This document shows, piece after piece, positions 38,622 through 47,235 of a stretch of 64,000 nt of DNA. The notes under the pieces are model-generated. The model did no database searches. It was not told the DNA's origin and saw nothing but the letters and a program-made list of their open reading frames with translations. Made by a program: the position numbers and the translations under genes. This stretch comes from a virus. Position 1 is the first letter of the stretch. Each line of letters opens with the position of its first letter. The stretch spans positions 72,954 to 136,953 of the IMG/VR virus record IMGVR_UViG_3300008952_002784; one strand, given 5' to 3'.

Positions 38622-40310
38622 ATGAGTCAAACTATTTACCATGAAGCGATCGCTGACGCTCGAAAGCTCAGAGAGATGGCAGAGCAAAGTGCTAAAAATA
38701 AAATAATTGATGCGGTATCACCTCGCATACGTGAGCTAATTGAAATGCAACTGTTGGGCGAGGATTCTCACAATGATGTGTCAATGGATAATGAAGACGT
38801 TGTTGTCGACTTAGATACACTGTCTGGTGAGAATTATGAAGATGAAGAAATGTCAACTTATGAAATGACTGGAGACGACTCTGAAACTGCAGTAAAAGTA
38901 AGTCCGGACGGAGGCATTTCAGTTGATGTAGGCGATATATCTATTGAAGTTCAGGCCGGCGAAGAAGACGAAGATGATCTTATTCTTGGTCAAGAAATTG
39001 CTGAAGCCCTCGCAAATATTGTAAAAACGCGAGGTAAAAGTACACAATTAACTGAGAATGTTGATTCTCTAGAACGTAGGTGGTCACTTTTACGTAGAGG
39101 ATATCCTGTTGCACGACAGAGTGGAACAATATCTCAGAAGAAAAAAGTAGCAAAGATTTTTGAATCTCTCGCACGTGAAGCAGTAACTTTACGCCGCGAA
39201 GTGATACTTACTGAGCATAGACAAGGCTTACAAGCCTTGGATAAAACACGCATTGATCTTATCATTAAGGAGATGAAAAAAATGGCAGGGCGAAACAATA
39301 AAGATATCTTCGATTACTTATTCGAAGATGATTCAGCAGATAAGACATCTGCCAAAGACATGGACGAAATGTCAGTATTCCTCGAGGAAGACGAGGAAGT
39401 CTTTGATGATGAGATAGCAGATGAAGAAGAAGTATCTGACGAAGAAGAAGACGTCGACGTTGATGCTGCTACGTCTGCTATTGAAGATCTAGGGTTAGCA
39501 CTTGGTCTAGACGTTGTCGTCGGAGGCGAGGGTGAGGAATCCGATATGCCTGACGAAGAAGTCCTAGATTTGGGAGGGGAGGAAGAAGACCCCATGGAAG
39601 AAACATATGAAATTGATGAGTCTGCTCTTCGAAGTGCACTGCGCAAAATGAGAAATCGAAGACTAAATGAAAACGACCCGGTCGATGGTTCAGGTGACAC
39701 TTCTTTTGGCGGCGGATCTGCTGAAGATGAAATGTTTATTGATGTCGACGAAGACGATTTGCTTAACGCCCTAGCAGATGAGCTTGGTGACGTATCAATG
39801 CCAACTGCTGGTGCAAGTCAACCTCCCGGTGGAGACGCAATGCCAGAGTCTTTCCGCAGAAGACGTCGCATGCAATCCAGACGAAGGCGAACACAAGGAT
39901 CTCGTAGTCGTGTATCCGAAAGTCGTCAGACGCGTGACATGAAAAGAAACTTAGCTGAGCACAAACTCGCCGTATCTGCTCTTAAGGGGCAGCTCACTGA
40001 GATGAATCTTTTCAACGCAAAACTACTTTACGCGAATAAGCTTATGCAAAATCGCAATCTTACAGCCAAACAACAAAGAGCAATTGTCGAAGCCCTAGAT
40101 AATGCCAAGACGCTCAGAGAAGCTAAGCTGTTGTACAAGAGCCTGACAACGTCACTAGATAAAGGTGCTAATAAAAAGAGCCTAAGTGAAGGTGCGTCTA
40201 GACGGCTTGTCGGATCATCCTCCAGATCAACCCGGTCGGGCTCTCCCGCCAATAGTGGGGCTGAGGTGGATAGATGGGCAGTTCTTGCTGGTCTCAACAA
40301 GGACAATTAA
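38622..40310 (+). CDS. Prohead core/scaffold protein
   Basis: Very acidic, immediately upstream of the MCP; EAIADARKLRE..A N-terminus and EMNLFNAKLLYANKL C-terminal helices. Confidence 0.75.
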   Translation: MSQTIYHEAIADARKLREMAEQSAKNKIIDAVSPRIRELIEMQLLGEDSHNDVSMDNEDVVVDLDTLSGENYEDEEMSTYEMTGDDSETAVKVSPDGGISVDVGDISIEVQAGEEDEDDLILGQEIAEALANIVKTRGKSTQLTENVDSLERRWSLLRRGYPVARQSGTISQKKKVAKIFESLAREAVTLRREVILTEHRQGLQALDKTRIDLIIKEMKKMAGRNNKDIFDYLFEDDSADKTSAKDMDEMSVFLEEDEEVFDDEIADEEEVSDEEEDVDVDAATSAIEDLGLALGLDVVVGGEGEESDMPDEEVLDLGGEEEDPMEETYEIDESALRSALRKMRNRRLNENDPVDGSGDTSFGGGSAEDEMFIDVDEDDLLNALADELGDVSMPTAGASQPPGGDAMPESFRRRRRMQSRRRRTQGSRSRVSESRQTRDMKRNLAEHKLAVSALKGQLTEMNLFNAKLLYANKLMQNRNLTAKQQRAIVEALDNAKTLREAKLLYKSLTTSLDKGANKKSLSEGASRRLVGSSSRSTRSGSPANSGAEVDRWAVLAGLNKDN

Positions 40311-40356
40311 TCTAAACCTCAACTAAACAATTTAAGCTTATTAGGAGAAATACAAA

Positions 40357-42222
40357 ATGAGCAAAAGCTTTTCACTAGATCAACTTACTGAAGGGATTCG
40401 CCAGCGCCACCTGGGATCTCAAAATCGTAGGTTGATAGAAAAATGGGCCCGTACGGGTCTTCTTCGTGGCCTCGAGGGTGTACATCGTGAAAACATGTCA
40501 CGCATGCTCGAGAATCAGGCAGCGCAAGTCCTTAAGGAAGCTTCCTCACTCTCTACGGGTGGAGGTGCACTTGCTACCTCTGGCGACCTACGCGGTTTCA
40601 CAAACATCGCATTCCCACTTGTACGTCGTGTTTTCGGCGGACTAGTTGCAAATGAGTTGGTATCAATTCAGCCGATGAGTCTTCCTTCGGGGCTTCTTTT
40701 CTATCTGGACTATACGTACGGATCTGAAGAAACGAACATAAGCGACGTTTCAGACGGTGTATCTATTTACCCATCTGGATCATCTATCTATAACAGCCCA
40801 ACTGGTAAGGGTGTCCGTTCTGGTTCACTTGCAGTTGGTGGTCAGTATGATCTAGCTGGTGTAGGATTCTCTAGAGTTCATGAAAATGTCGCCGGCGTTA
40901 CACTTAGTGCTTCTGGTGCTATGGGTGGAACATCTAAGCAGATTTATTCTGTTGCTAAGGTGATGACAACATCAGGTTCAGATGGAAGACTTCTTCAATT
41001 CGATCCTCAAATCACTAGCGATATTGAAGATGGAACAGGACGTTATTCACTAGCAATTGTTGACTTAACTACTGGATTTGGTAATGCAGATCTTAGTCTG
41101 GTCAAAGAGTTTGCTTTGCATCTTAACGGTGGCTCAAGCGCGGGTGTCAAGAATGTGCGTGCTGGTGTCCAAGATGGTAACAACATTGTAAATGTTAGAC
41201 GTTTGAATCAGCTGGGTACATTTGCTAGTAGCAAGTTTACTTCTGATCCTTTAGTTACGACTGCTACAGCCAATGCAGCAATGCTAATGGTTGTTTCTGG
41301 TGTTGTTACAACTACAGACAATGGTAACTTAGATGTGATTATACCACAGTCTCCATCTCTTAGCACTGCTGATGATGGATCAACTTTGACTATACCATCA
41401 TTTGAGTCTAACTTTGGTGCAACTCCGAGTCCGTCTATTCCAGAGATTGATATCAAGATTGAGTCTATCGCTGTTACGGCTGCAACTCGTAAGTTACGTG
41501 CCAAGTGGTCCCCAGAGCTTGCTCAGGATCTGAATGCTTATCACAGCCTTGACGCTGAGGTTGAGCTAACCCAGATTCTTTCTGAGCAGATTGCTCTAGA
41601 GCTTGATCGGGAAATTCTCAATGACCTTCTTACACAAGCCAACGGTGCTAACCTTTATTGGTCACGTGCTCCCGGACGCTTTGTACATAAGGAGACAGGT
41701 GCTATTCAGTCTAGAGGCTCAACACTTGAACCAGGCCCAGCTTTCACTGGTACAGTTCGTGAGTGGTATGAGACGCTAATTGAAACAGTCATTGACGTTG
41801 CAAACACGATTCATCGTAAGACCCTTCGTGGTTCTGCAAACTTTATCGTTGTAAGTCCTGACGTCGCAACTATCTTAGAAGCTTCGGTTTTCTATCGTCC
41901 ATCTTATAGCCTTGATGGTGATGGTCAGGTAAGTGGTCCGATGACTCTGGGTGCTGAGAAGGTTGGTACTTTGAGCAACCGTTTCACAGTCTATAAAGAT
42001 CCTTACTTCCCACGCAACAAGATTCTTGTTGGTTATAAGGGCGGTAGTTATCTTGAGACTGGTTATGTATATGCTCCTTACGTTCCACTTATTGTTACTC
42101 CTACGATATTCGCGCCTGAGGATTTCACTCCTCGCAAAGGTGTAATGACTCGTTACGGTAAGAAAATGGTTCGTAGTGACTTCTACGGTACAGTTACAGT
42201 TCTGGACTTGAATATCATCTAA
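40357..42222 (+). CDS. Major capsid protein (T4 gp23-like)
   Basis: PLVRRVF, VSIQPMSLPSGLLFYL, RKLRAKWSPELAQDLNAYH, EIALELDREI-like segment, YAPYVPL, FTPRKGVMTRYG. Confidence 0.97.
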   Translation: MSKSFSLDQLTEGIRQRHLGSQNRRLIEKWARTGLLRGLEGVHRENMSRMLENQAAQVLKEASSLSTGGGALATSGDLRGFTNIAFPLVRRVFGGLVANELVSIQPMSLPSGLLFYLDYTYGSEETNISDVSDGVSIYPSGSSIYNSPTGKGVRSGSLAVGGQYDLAGVGFSRVHENVAGVTLSASGAMGGTSKQIYSVAKVMTTSGSDGRLLQFDPQITSDIEDGTGRYSLAIVDLTTGFGNADLSLVKEFALHLNGGSSAGVKNVRAGVQDGNNIVNVRRLNQLGTFASSKFTSDPLVTTATANAAMLMVVSGVVTTTDNGNLDVIIPQSPSLSTADDGSTLTIPSFESNFGATPSPSIPEIDIKIESIAVTAATRKLRAKWSPELAQDLNAYHSLDAEVELTQILSEQIALELDREILNDLLTQANGANLYWSRAPGRFVHKETGAIQSRGSTLEPGPAFTGTVREWYETLIETVIDVANTIHRKTLRGSANFIVVSPDVATILEASVFYRPSYSLDGDGQVSGPMTLGAEKVGTLSNRFTVYKDPYFPRNKILVGYKGGSYLETGYVYAPYVPLIVTPTIFAPEDFTPRKGVMTRYGKKMVRSDFYGTVTVLDLNII

Positions 42223-42243
42223 AGGATACTCATTTTCACTTGT

Positions 42244-42274
42244 AAGGGCTGCCCTTCGGGGCAGCCCTTTTTTT
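42244..42274 (+). terminator. Intrinsic terminator after the major capsid gene
   Basis: AAGGGCTGCCC-TTCG-GGGCAGCCCTT followed by a T-run. Confidence 0.92.
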
Positions 42275-42292
42275 CACTTAAATTATGATTAT

Positions 42293-42321
42293 TTTACATA
42301 TACACCGCAAAAGGGTATAAT
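42293..42321 (+). promoter_or_regulatory. Sigma70-like promoter, probably giving a leaderless mRNA
   Basis: TTTACA (42293-42298), 17-bp spacer, TATAAT (42316-42321); ATG at 42327; no SD. Confidence 0.7.
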
Positions 42322-42326
42322 AACAT

Positions 42327-43742
42327 ATGATATGCAAAATATGTAGCTATGAGTCATGTGGAAAAGATTTTTCAAACCATCTTCAAAGAGAGCATAAACT
42401 TAGATCGAAAGAGTACACAGCTAAGCACATTTATAAATTTCAACCGATATGTGAGCACTGCGGAAAAGAAACACGTTACGTAGCATTTCGTTTTAAGCGA
42501 TTCTGCAAAGATTGTTCAAAAATAGCTTCATCTATAGGGGGCAAGTCCGGCGGAAAAGCGCCTGCTTGGAATAAAGGCTTGACAAAAGAAACTGATGAAA
42601 GAATCAAAAGACAAGCAGAGAAAAATATAGGTAAAGGTAATCCATTCCATGGAAGAGTTCACACGATTGAAACACGTACACAGATAAGTAAAACAAAAGT
42701 CCTCAATAGAATAACTGTTCAGCAACGGATCAATGAGCGATCAGGTGATTTTGAGCTAGTAACTGATCTTGATGAATACTATTCGAGGCAAAAACAATAT
42801 TTAGAGTTTAGATGTAAAAAATGCAATACAGTTTCTGATAAAACATTGCAAGCATTTGAAAGAGGATCATTATGTCCGATTTGTTATCCACCCAGTAGAT
42901 CACAATTTGAAATAGAGATAAATGATTTTATTAGATCGCTAGGAATAAAGACAAAGACTAACGATAGGTCAGTTATCGGACCAAAAGAACTAGACATAGT
43001 AATACAAGGTAAGGATCTTGCAATAGAGGCAAATGGTTTGTATTGGCACTCAGAAAATGCTAGAAGTGTTAATCATGACAAGTATCGCCATATAAGCAAA
43101 ACATTAGAATGTCTATCACAAAGCTATAGATTAGTCCACATATTCAGTGACGAATGGAGTAATAAGGAAGATATTTGCAAATCAATGATTGCTAATAGGT
43201 TGGGTATGCCGAATATCAGGATTCACGGAAGAAAATGCCAGATAAAAGAAATTACAAAGTATCAAGAAAAAACGTTCTTCGACAAAACGCATATTTCAGG
43301 TTTTGTACCCTCTAGAAAGTGTTTTGCACTATTTTATGATGGAAAAATCGTTGCAGCAATTTCGCTAAGAGTGCCAAGACAAAAAAAATATAAAGGTATG
43401 CTAGAGATAGCAAGATACTCTTCTGAGCTAAATCATCAAGTGATGGGAGGCTTGGGGAAGCTATTGTCTAAATCTATAGATTATGCTAGAAAAAATAATC
43501 ATACCGGTATTTTGACATATTCTGATCGTCGATTTGGAGAAGGGGACGGGTATTTGAAATGTGGGTTTGAGCACTCAGGAACTACAGGACTAGACTATTG
43601 GTATACTGACGGACAAATAAGAGTAGATAGATTTACACTAAAAACATCAGATGGAAAAACAGAAAAACAAAGAATGTATGAGAACAAGCTGATGAAAATT
43701 TATGGATGCGGAAGCAACATATTTATAAAACTATTGACATAA
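42327..43742 (+). CDS. Free-standing putative homing endonuclease (Zn fingers, NUMOD3-like segment, PD-(D/E)xK-type Hef-like nuclease)
   Basis: CxxC..H..H and CxxC fingers; AWNKGLTKETDER and GNPFHGRVHT DNA-binding motifs; ELDIVI..LAIEANGLYWH nuclease motif; EIARYSS/TYSDRRF C-terminal domain. Confidence 0.75.
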   Translation: MICKICSYESCGKDFSNHLQREHKLRSKEYTAKHIYKFQPICEHCGKETRYVAFRFKRFCKDCSKIASSIGGKSGGKAPAWNKGLTKETDERIKRQAEKNIGKGNPFHGRVHTIETRTQISKTKVLNRITVQQRINERSGDFELVTDLDEYYSRQKQYLEFRCKKCNTVSDKTLQAFERGSLCPICYPPSRSQFEIEINDFIRSLGIKTKTNDRSVIGPKELDIVIQGKDLAIEANGLYWHSENARSVNHDKYRHISKTLECLSQSYRLVHIFSDEWSNKEDICKSMIANRLGMPNIRIHGRKCQIKEITKYQEKTFFDKTHISGFVPSRKCFALFYDGKIVAAISLRVPRQKKYKGMLEIARYSSELNHQVMGGLGKLLSKSIDYARKNNHTGILTYSDRRFGEGDGYLKCGFEHSGTTGLDYWYTDGQIRVDRFTLKTSDGKTEKQRMYENKLMKIYGCGSNIFIKLLT

Positions 43743-43770
43743 ACAAATAGCAAAACAGGCGTAGTGTTAT
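43740..43770 (+). promoter_or_regulatory. Candidate sigma70-like promoter
   Basis: TAAACAAAT...TAGTGTTAT, in the same register as 21750-21780. Confidence 0.3.
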
Positions 43771-43789
43771 TCAAACATAGGAGATTATT

Positions 43790-44020
43790 ATGGACGAACA
43801 ACAGGCACAACAAGCAGATGAAACCGGACAACAAGTAACTCGCGAGCAATTGCAGCGCTGGGGAGTTTCTGTTTTAGTAAGTGCAGCAAAAATGTCACAG
43901 CAACGAGGTGTATTCTCATTAGAAGAAGCTGCTCTAGTAAGTAAGGCTGTCAACATATTTGCACCATCTGCCCCAGAAGTTCAAGACGAAGAAGCTTCGA
44001 GTGAAGAAGACAAAGAATAA
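43790..44020 (+). CDS. Small acidic hypothetical protein
   Basis: SD AGGAG; helical core QQRGVFSLEEAALVSKAV. Confidence 0.65.
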   Translation: MDEQQAQQADETGQQVTREQLQRWGVSVLVSAAKMSQQRGVFSLEEAALVSKAVNIFAPSAPEVQDEEASSEEDKE

Positions 44021-44054
44021 TAGACAAACTTGGTTATAAGTTTAGCTGAGCGAG

Positions 44055-44061
44055 ATATTTA
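44055..44061 (+). promoter_or_regulatory. Putative late promoter motif ATATTTA
   Basis: Intergenic copy directly before the structured leader. Confidence 0.6.
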
Positions 44062-44067
44062 TCATCA

Positions 44068-44130
44068 AGCCCGATTCATTTAATCAGCTGACACTACCAG
44101 TGAATCGGAAGCATGTAGACAAATAAGGAG
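44068..44130 (+). ncRNA. Candidate structured 5' leader (hairpin, possible pseudoknot)
   Basis: CCGATTCATT (44071-44080) pairs with AGTGAATCGG (44099-44108); loop CTAC can pair with GTAG (44115-44118) just before the SD. Confidence 0.45.
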
Positions 44131-44137
44131 AAAGATT

Positions 44138-44617
44138 ATGCCTAAGGTGACAATTACAGACAGAAAAGGAATAGTTCAGACAACGGGAGGTTCAGTTGTT
44201 GTTGAAAATAATGTACATTTTCGACCAGACTCAGCTCCCGCAATGACAGTAAAATATGCTGCTCCAGCAGCAGCCATTGGAACAGGTGCAGTAACACTTA
44301 CAATTGCACAGATTCTGACGGGAATTCTTGAAGAGGATCCTGAGGGCGCTGTTACGTGGACTCTTCCTACAAATGCTCTTCTTCGAGCAGGACTAAATGA
44401 TCCACAAACAGGAGACACACTTGATTTCTGTGTGATCAATAATGCTACATCTACTGTAGATGAGCCAATCACAATTGCTGTCGGCGCAGGTGGTACTGCT
44501 GTTGGTAATATGATTGTTGAAGCTGCTATGGTCGCCGGCGAAGTTAATTCCGGAAGTGGACTATTCAGAGTAAGACTTACATCTGCTACAGCATATTCGT
44601 GCTATAGACTTGCATAA
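44138..44617 (+). CDS. Putative capsid decoration/cement protein
   Basis: AVTLTIAQILTGIL..P..AVTWTLPT beta-rich pattern; has its own upstream motif, strong SD and terminator; near the MCP. Confidence 0.5.
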   Translation: MPKVTITDRKGIVQTTGGSVVVENNVHFRPDSAPAMTVKYAAPAAAIGTGAVTLTIAQILTGILEEDPEGAVTWTLPTNALLRAGLNDPQTGDTLDFCVINNATSTVDEPITIAVGAGGTAVGNMIVEAAMVAGEVNSGSGLFRVRLTSATAYSCYRLA

Positions 44618-44670
44618 AGAAGTAGTGTAATATTTTAAAATTTAGCTAAGCAGCTTTATTTTATCTAAGG

Positions 44671-44698
44671 AAGGCAGGGGAAACCCTGCCTTTTTTTT
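44671..44698 (+). terminator. Intrinsic terminator
   Basis: AAGGCAGGG-GAAA-CCCTGCCTT followed by a T-run. Confidence 0.9.
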
Positions 44699-44733
44699 AT
44701 TTCTACCGGTGGATTAATTGAGGTTGTAAATAG

Positions 44734-44740
44734 ATATTTA
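44734..44740 (+). promoter_or_regulatory. Putative late promoter motif ATATTTA
   Basis: Lies just after a terminator; ATG 6 nt downstream. Confidence 0.6.
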
Positions 44741-44746
44741 TGAATA

Positions 44747-44974
44747 ATGTCAAGGAAAACATCATTTGAGAATTTGAAAAACTTACGAGATCAATTGATT
44801 TCGAGAGAAAGCAAATTAGCAATTGACAATAAAACGATGTTGTCGCTTTTGTCATGTGTTAAGTTAGTTCATAAAGACTTATCGAAAGATAAGCCCGATA
44901 TTCAATCAGCAATTGATCGTCTAGACGAGTTGCTTGCTACTGCGAGTATTAAGAAATATAGCGGAGCACAATAA
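44747..44974 (+). CDS. Small hypothetical protein
   Basis: 75-aa ORF starting 6 nt after an ATATTTA motif. Confidence 0.55.
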   Translation: MSRKTSFENLKNLRDQLISRESKLAIDNKTMLSLLSCVKLVHKDLSKDKPDIQSAIDRLDELLATASIKKYSGAQ

Positions 44975-44976
44975 AA

Positions 44977-45309
44977 ATGACAGAAGTAGATAGTAACAAC
45001 AATTGGAGTGAATATTCTCGGCTAGTTTTAAAAGAATTAGAAACACTAGCATCAAGTATTCAAGCCCTAAATACAGAGATCCAAGATCTTAAGCAAGAAA
45101 TTGCTAGAATGCGTGAAAGGGAAGATCGAGTTGAAGAGCTCAGAGCTTGGAAAGATAAAATCGATGAAGTAGTGTCACCCACACAAATGCAGGGATATGT
45201 CAATGATATAGAAGAGCTTAAGGCGTTTCGAACGAGGGCAATTACCATATTCGCAGTTGTTCAGTTTGGAATGGCATCATCGATGTGGATGATGAAGATG
45301 TTCATGTAG
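44977..45309 (+). CDS. Coiled-coil protein with C-terminal transmembrane segment (holin/XhlA-like architecture)
   Basis: Heptad-rich body followed by hydrophobic AITIFAVVQFGMASSMWMM. Confidence 0.5.
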   Translation: MTEVDSNNNWSEYSRLVLKELETLASSIQALNTEIQDLKQEIARMREREDRVEELRAWKDKIDEVVSPTQMQGYVNDIEELKAFRTRAITIFAVVQFGMASSMWMMKMFM

Positions 45310-45330
45310 TACTCAGTTGGTTTGAGACGT

Positions 45331-45337
45331 ATATTTA
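45331..45337 (+). promoter_or_regulatory. Putative late promoter motif ATATTTA (neck genes)
   Basis: Intergenic copy of the recurring motif. Confidence 0.6.
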
Positions 45338-45371
45338 TTAGATGACTAAACCGCATCGGGAGATTTAAGCT

Positions 45372-46544
45372 ATGAGTACATTTGCCAACACACTAAGCCC
45401 GACACCTTTTGGGTTTTTTGATCAAGAGGGGTCATTCCAGACAGAAGCTGACTCTATGATTACGTTTGTCAAGCGAAAGTTGGGTGATGACATACTCAGT
45501 GTCGAGCTTACCAAAAAACAGATTTGGTCGTGCTTCGAAGAGGCATTCTTAGAGTATGGATCGATAATAAACCAGTATCAGGCAAAGTCACAGTTGGCAA
45601 ATCTTTTAGGCGCTGCTACAGGTTCTTTATTGTCAGGTAGTGAACAAAAATATCCCAGAGAAAATCTAGAATTCATGCTACGTCGCGGTGAGCCTTATTC
45701 TATGGAAGCTGGTTTGGGTGGGTCATATAACTCGGTATCCGGATCTATATCATTGACAAAAGATGTGCAAGATTACGATATATACAGCACGCTTAAAGAC
45801 TCATCAGGAAATTTGATATTCTCTAGCAGTAAAAACTCGCCAAGGACAAAAATGAGAGTAATGGAAGTGATGCATTATTCACCTCAAGCTGCTTATAGAT
45901 TTTTTGATACGACTAGTGCAGTCAACTATCTCAATAATGAGTTTTCATTTGAGTCATTTACCCCAGAAACAGCGTTCTATGTTTTGCCCGTATTTGAAGA
46001 CGTTCTTAGGGCTGGCATGCTATCAATGTCATCCCGCGTAAGAAGATCACACTATAGTTATAAAATTGTAGGAACAAATATTCGAATATTTCCGAAGCCC
46101 ACGCAGGAAAATCCCAAGAGTCTGTGGATTCGTGTATCATACTCTCCTGACCCCATGAACCCGGCCTTTCAAGACGATAGTATATACGGTGTAAGTAATC
46201 TTTCAAATGTCCCCTACGGTAACCTCATGTTCTCTAGGATAAACTCTATAGGGCGCCAGTGGGTTAGGCAATACACACTATCGTTAAGCAAAGAATTGTT
46301 GGGTATGGTTCGATCAAAATTCAGCACTGTTCCAATTCCTGGCGGAGAATTGTCACTAAATGGAAATGATTTGATAACTAGTGCACGATCTGAATTGGAG
46401 ACATTACAGACACAGCTTCGTGATATGCTTGAGGATCTTACATATTCTAAAATGCTAGAAGACGAAGCAGCTGCAACAGAAAACTTGCAACGAATTCTTA
46501 GAAACATTCCAATTCCTAATGGGAAATCAATAATCATGGGCTAG
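45372..46544 (+). CDS. Neck/head-tail adaptor protein (T4 gp13-like)
   Basis: KRKLG...VELT..QI N-terminus; WVRQYTLSLSKELLGMVRSKF..PIPGGELSLNG C-terminus. Confidence 0.85.
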   Translation: MSTFANTLSPTPFGFFDQEGSFQTEADSMITFVKRKLGDDILSVELTKKQIWSCFEEAFLEYGSIINQYQAKSQLANLLGAATGSLLSGSEQKYPRENLEFMLRRGEPYSMEAGLGGSYNSVSGSISLTKDVQDYDIYSTLKDSSGNLIFSSSKNSPRTKMRVMEVMHYSPQAAYRFFDTTSAVNYLNNEFSFESFTPETAFYVLPVFEDVLRAGMLSMSSRVRRSHYSYKIVGTNIRIFPKPTQENPKSLWIRVSYSPDPMNPAFQDDSIYGVSNLSNVPYGNLMFSRINSIGRQWVRQYTLSLSKELLGMVRSKFSTVPIPGGELSLNGNDLITSARSELETLQTQLRDMLEDLTYSKMLEDEAAATENLQRILRNIPIPNGKSIIMG

Positions 46545-46553
46545 GAGTGAATT

Positions 46554-47222
46554 ATGGCAAGACTATTTATAACGCCTCGTGAAGTTGATTTTATATCTGA
46601 CCTTACTAAGGAAATTACTAAAGATGTAATAGGACAAAAGATATACTATTATAAAGTTAGAGAAGATCTTACTAGTGTGCATGACATATACGAAGAAGCT
46701 ATAGATAAAATATTTGATAGACCCATCGAAATCGAAGCGCTAATTGAATGGGAACCTGCAGAGTTTAGAACAAATAGATTTGGTGCTGAAGAATACTCTA
46801 CAATATCAGTATATATTCATGCTCGAGATATGCTAGACAGAGAAATAACACTCAGAGACGGTGATTATTTTAGCTATGGTACAGTATTTTTTGAGATAAC
46901 ATCTATTATTGTTGACAAGCAGATACATGGCCAAATTGAACACAAAACCGGTTATAAGGTAATCGGCAAACAAGCACGACAGGGACAAATTGATGTAATG
47001 CCTAACGGGCCGACTGATGAGGAGTATACAGATGAGGGTTCTGTACAGGAAGAATTCGTGCAACAGCGAGGATTTGAGAAAAATCGATTAGGTGAAACAG
47101 GAGATAAGCGCCAGCTTCAAGAAGATGGAAAGCTTACATCACCAATTTCTGAGCCGGCAGAAATTTCTGAAAAAGGAGATGACTCTGGAATTAATTCATC
47201 ATTCTACGGAGACAATTCTTAG
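46554..47222 (+). CDS. Neck/head-closure protein (T4 gp14-like)
   Basis: IGQKIYYY, DIYEEA, GDYF motifs; position after the gp13-like gene. Confidence 0.65.
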   Translation: MARLFITPREVDFISDLTKEITKDVIGQKIYYYKVREDLTSVHDIYEEAIDKIFDRPIEIEALIEWEPAEFRTNRFGAEEYSTISVYIHARDMLDREITLRDGDYFSYGTVFFEITSIIVDKQIHGQIEHKTGYKVIGKQARQGQIDVMPNGPTDEEYTDEGSVQEEFVQQRGFEKNRLGETGDKRQLQEDGKLTSPISEPAEISEKGDDSGINSSFYGDNS

Positions 47223-47235
47223 TAGGTAATATATT

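Noticed and set aside
44068-44130. Assigning the leader to fluoride, SAM-II/SAM-V or hammerhead families
   Set aside because: Only fragments resemble them (GCTGA..CTAC; ATTTAA..ATGTAG); the defining cores such as GGnGAUGG or CUGAnGA/GAAA are absent.
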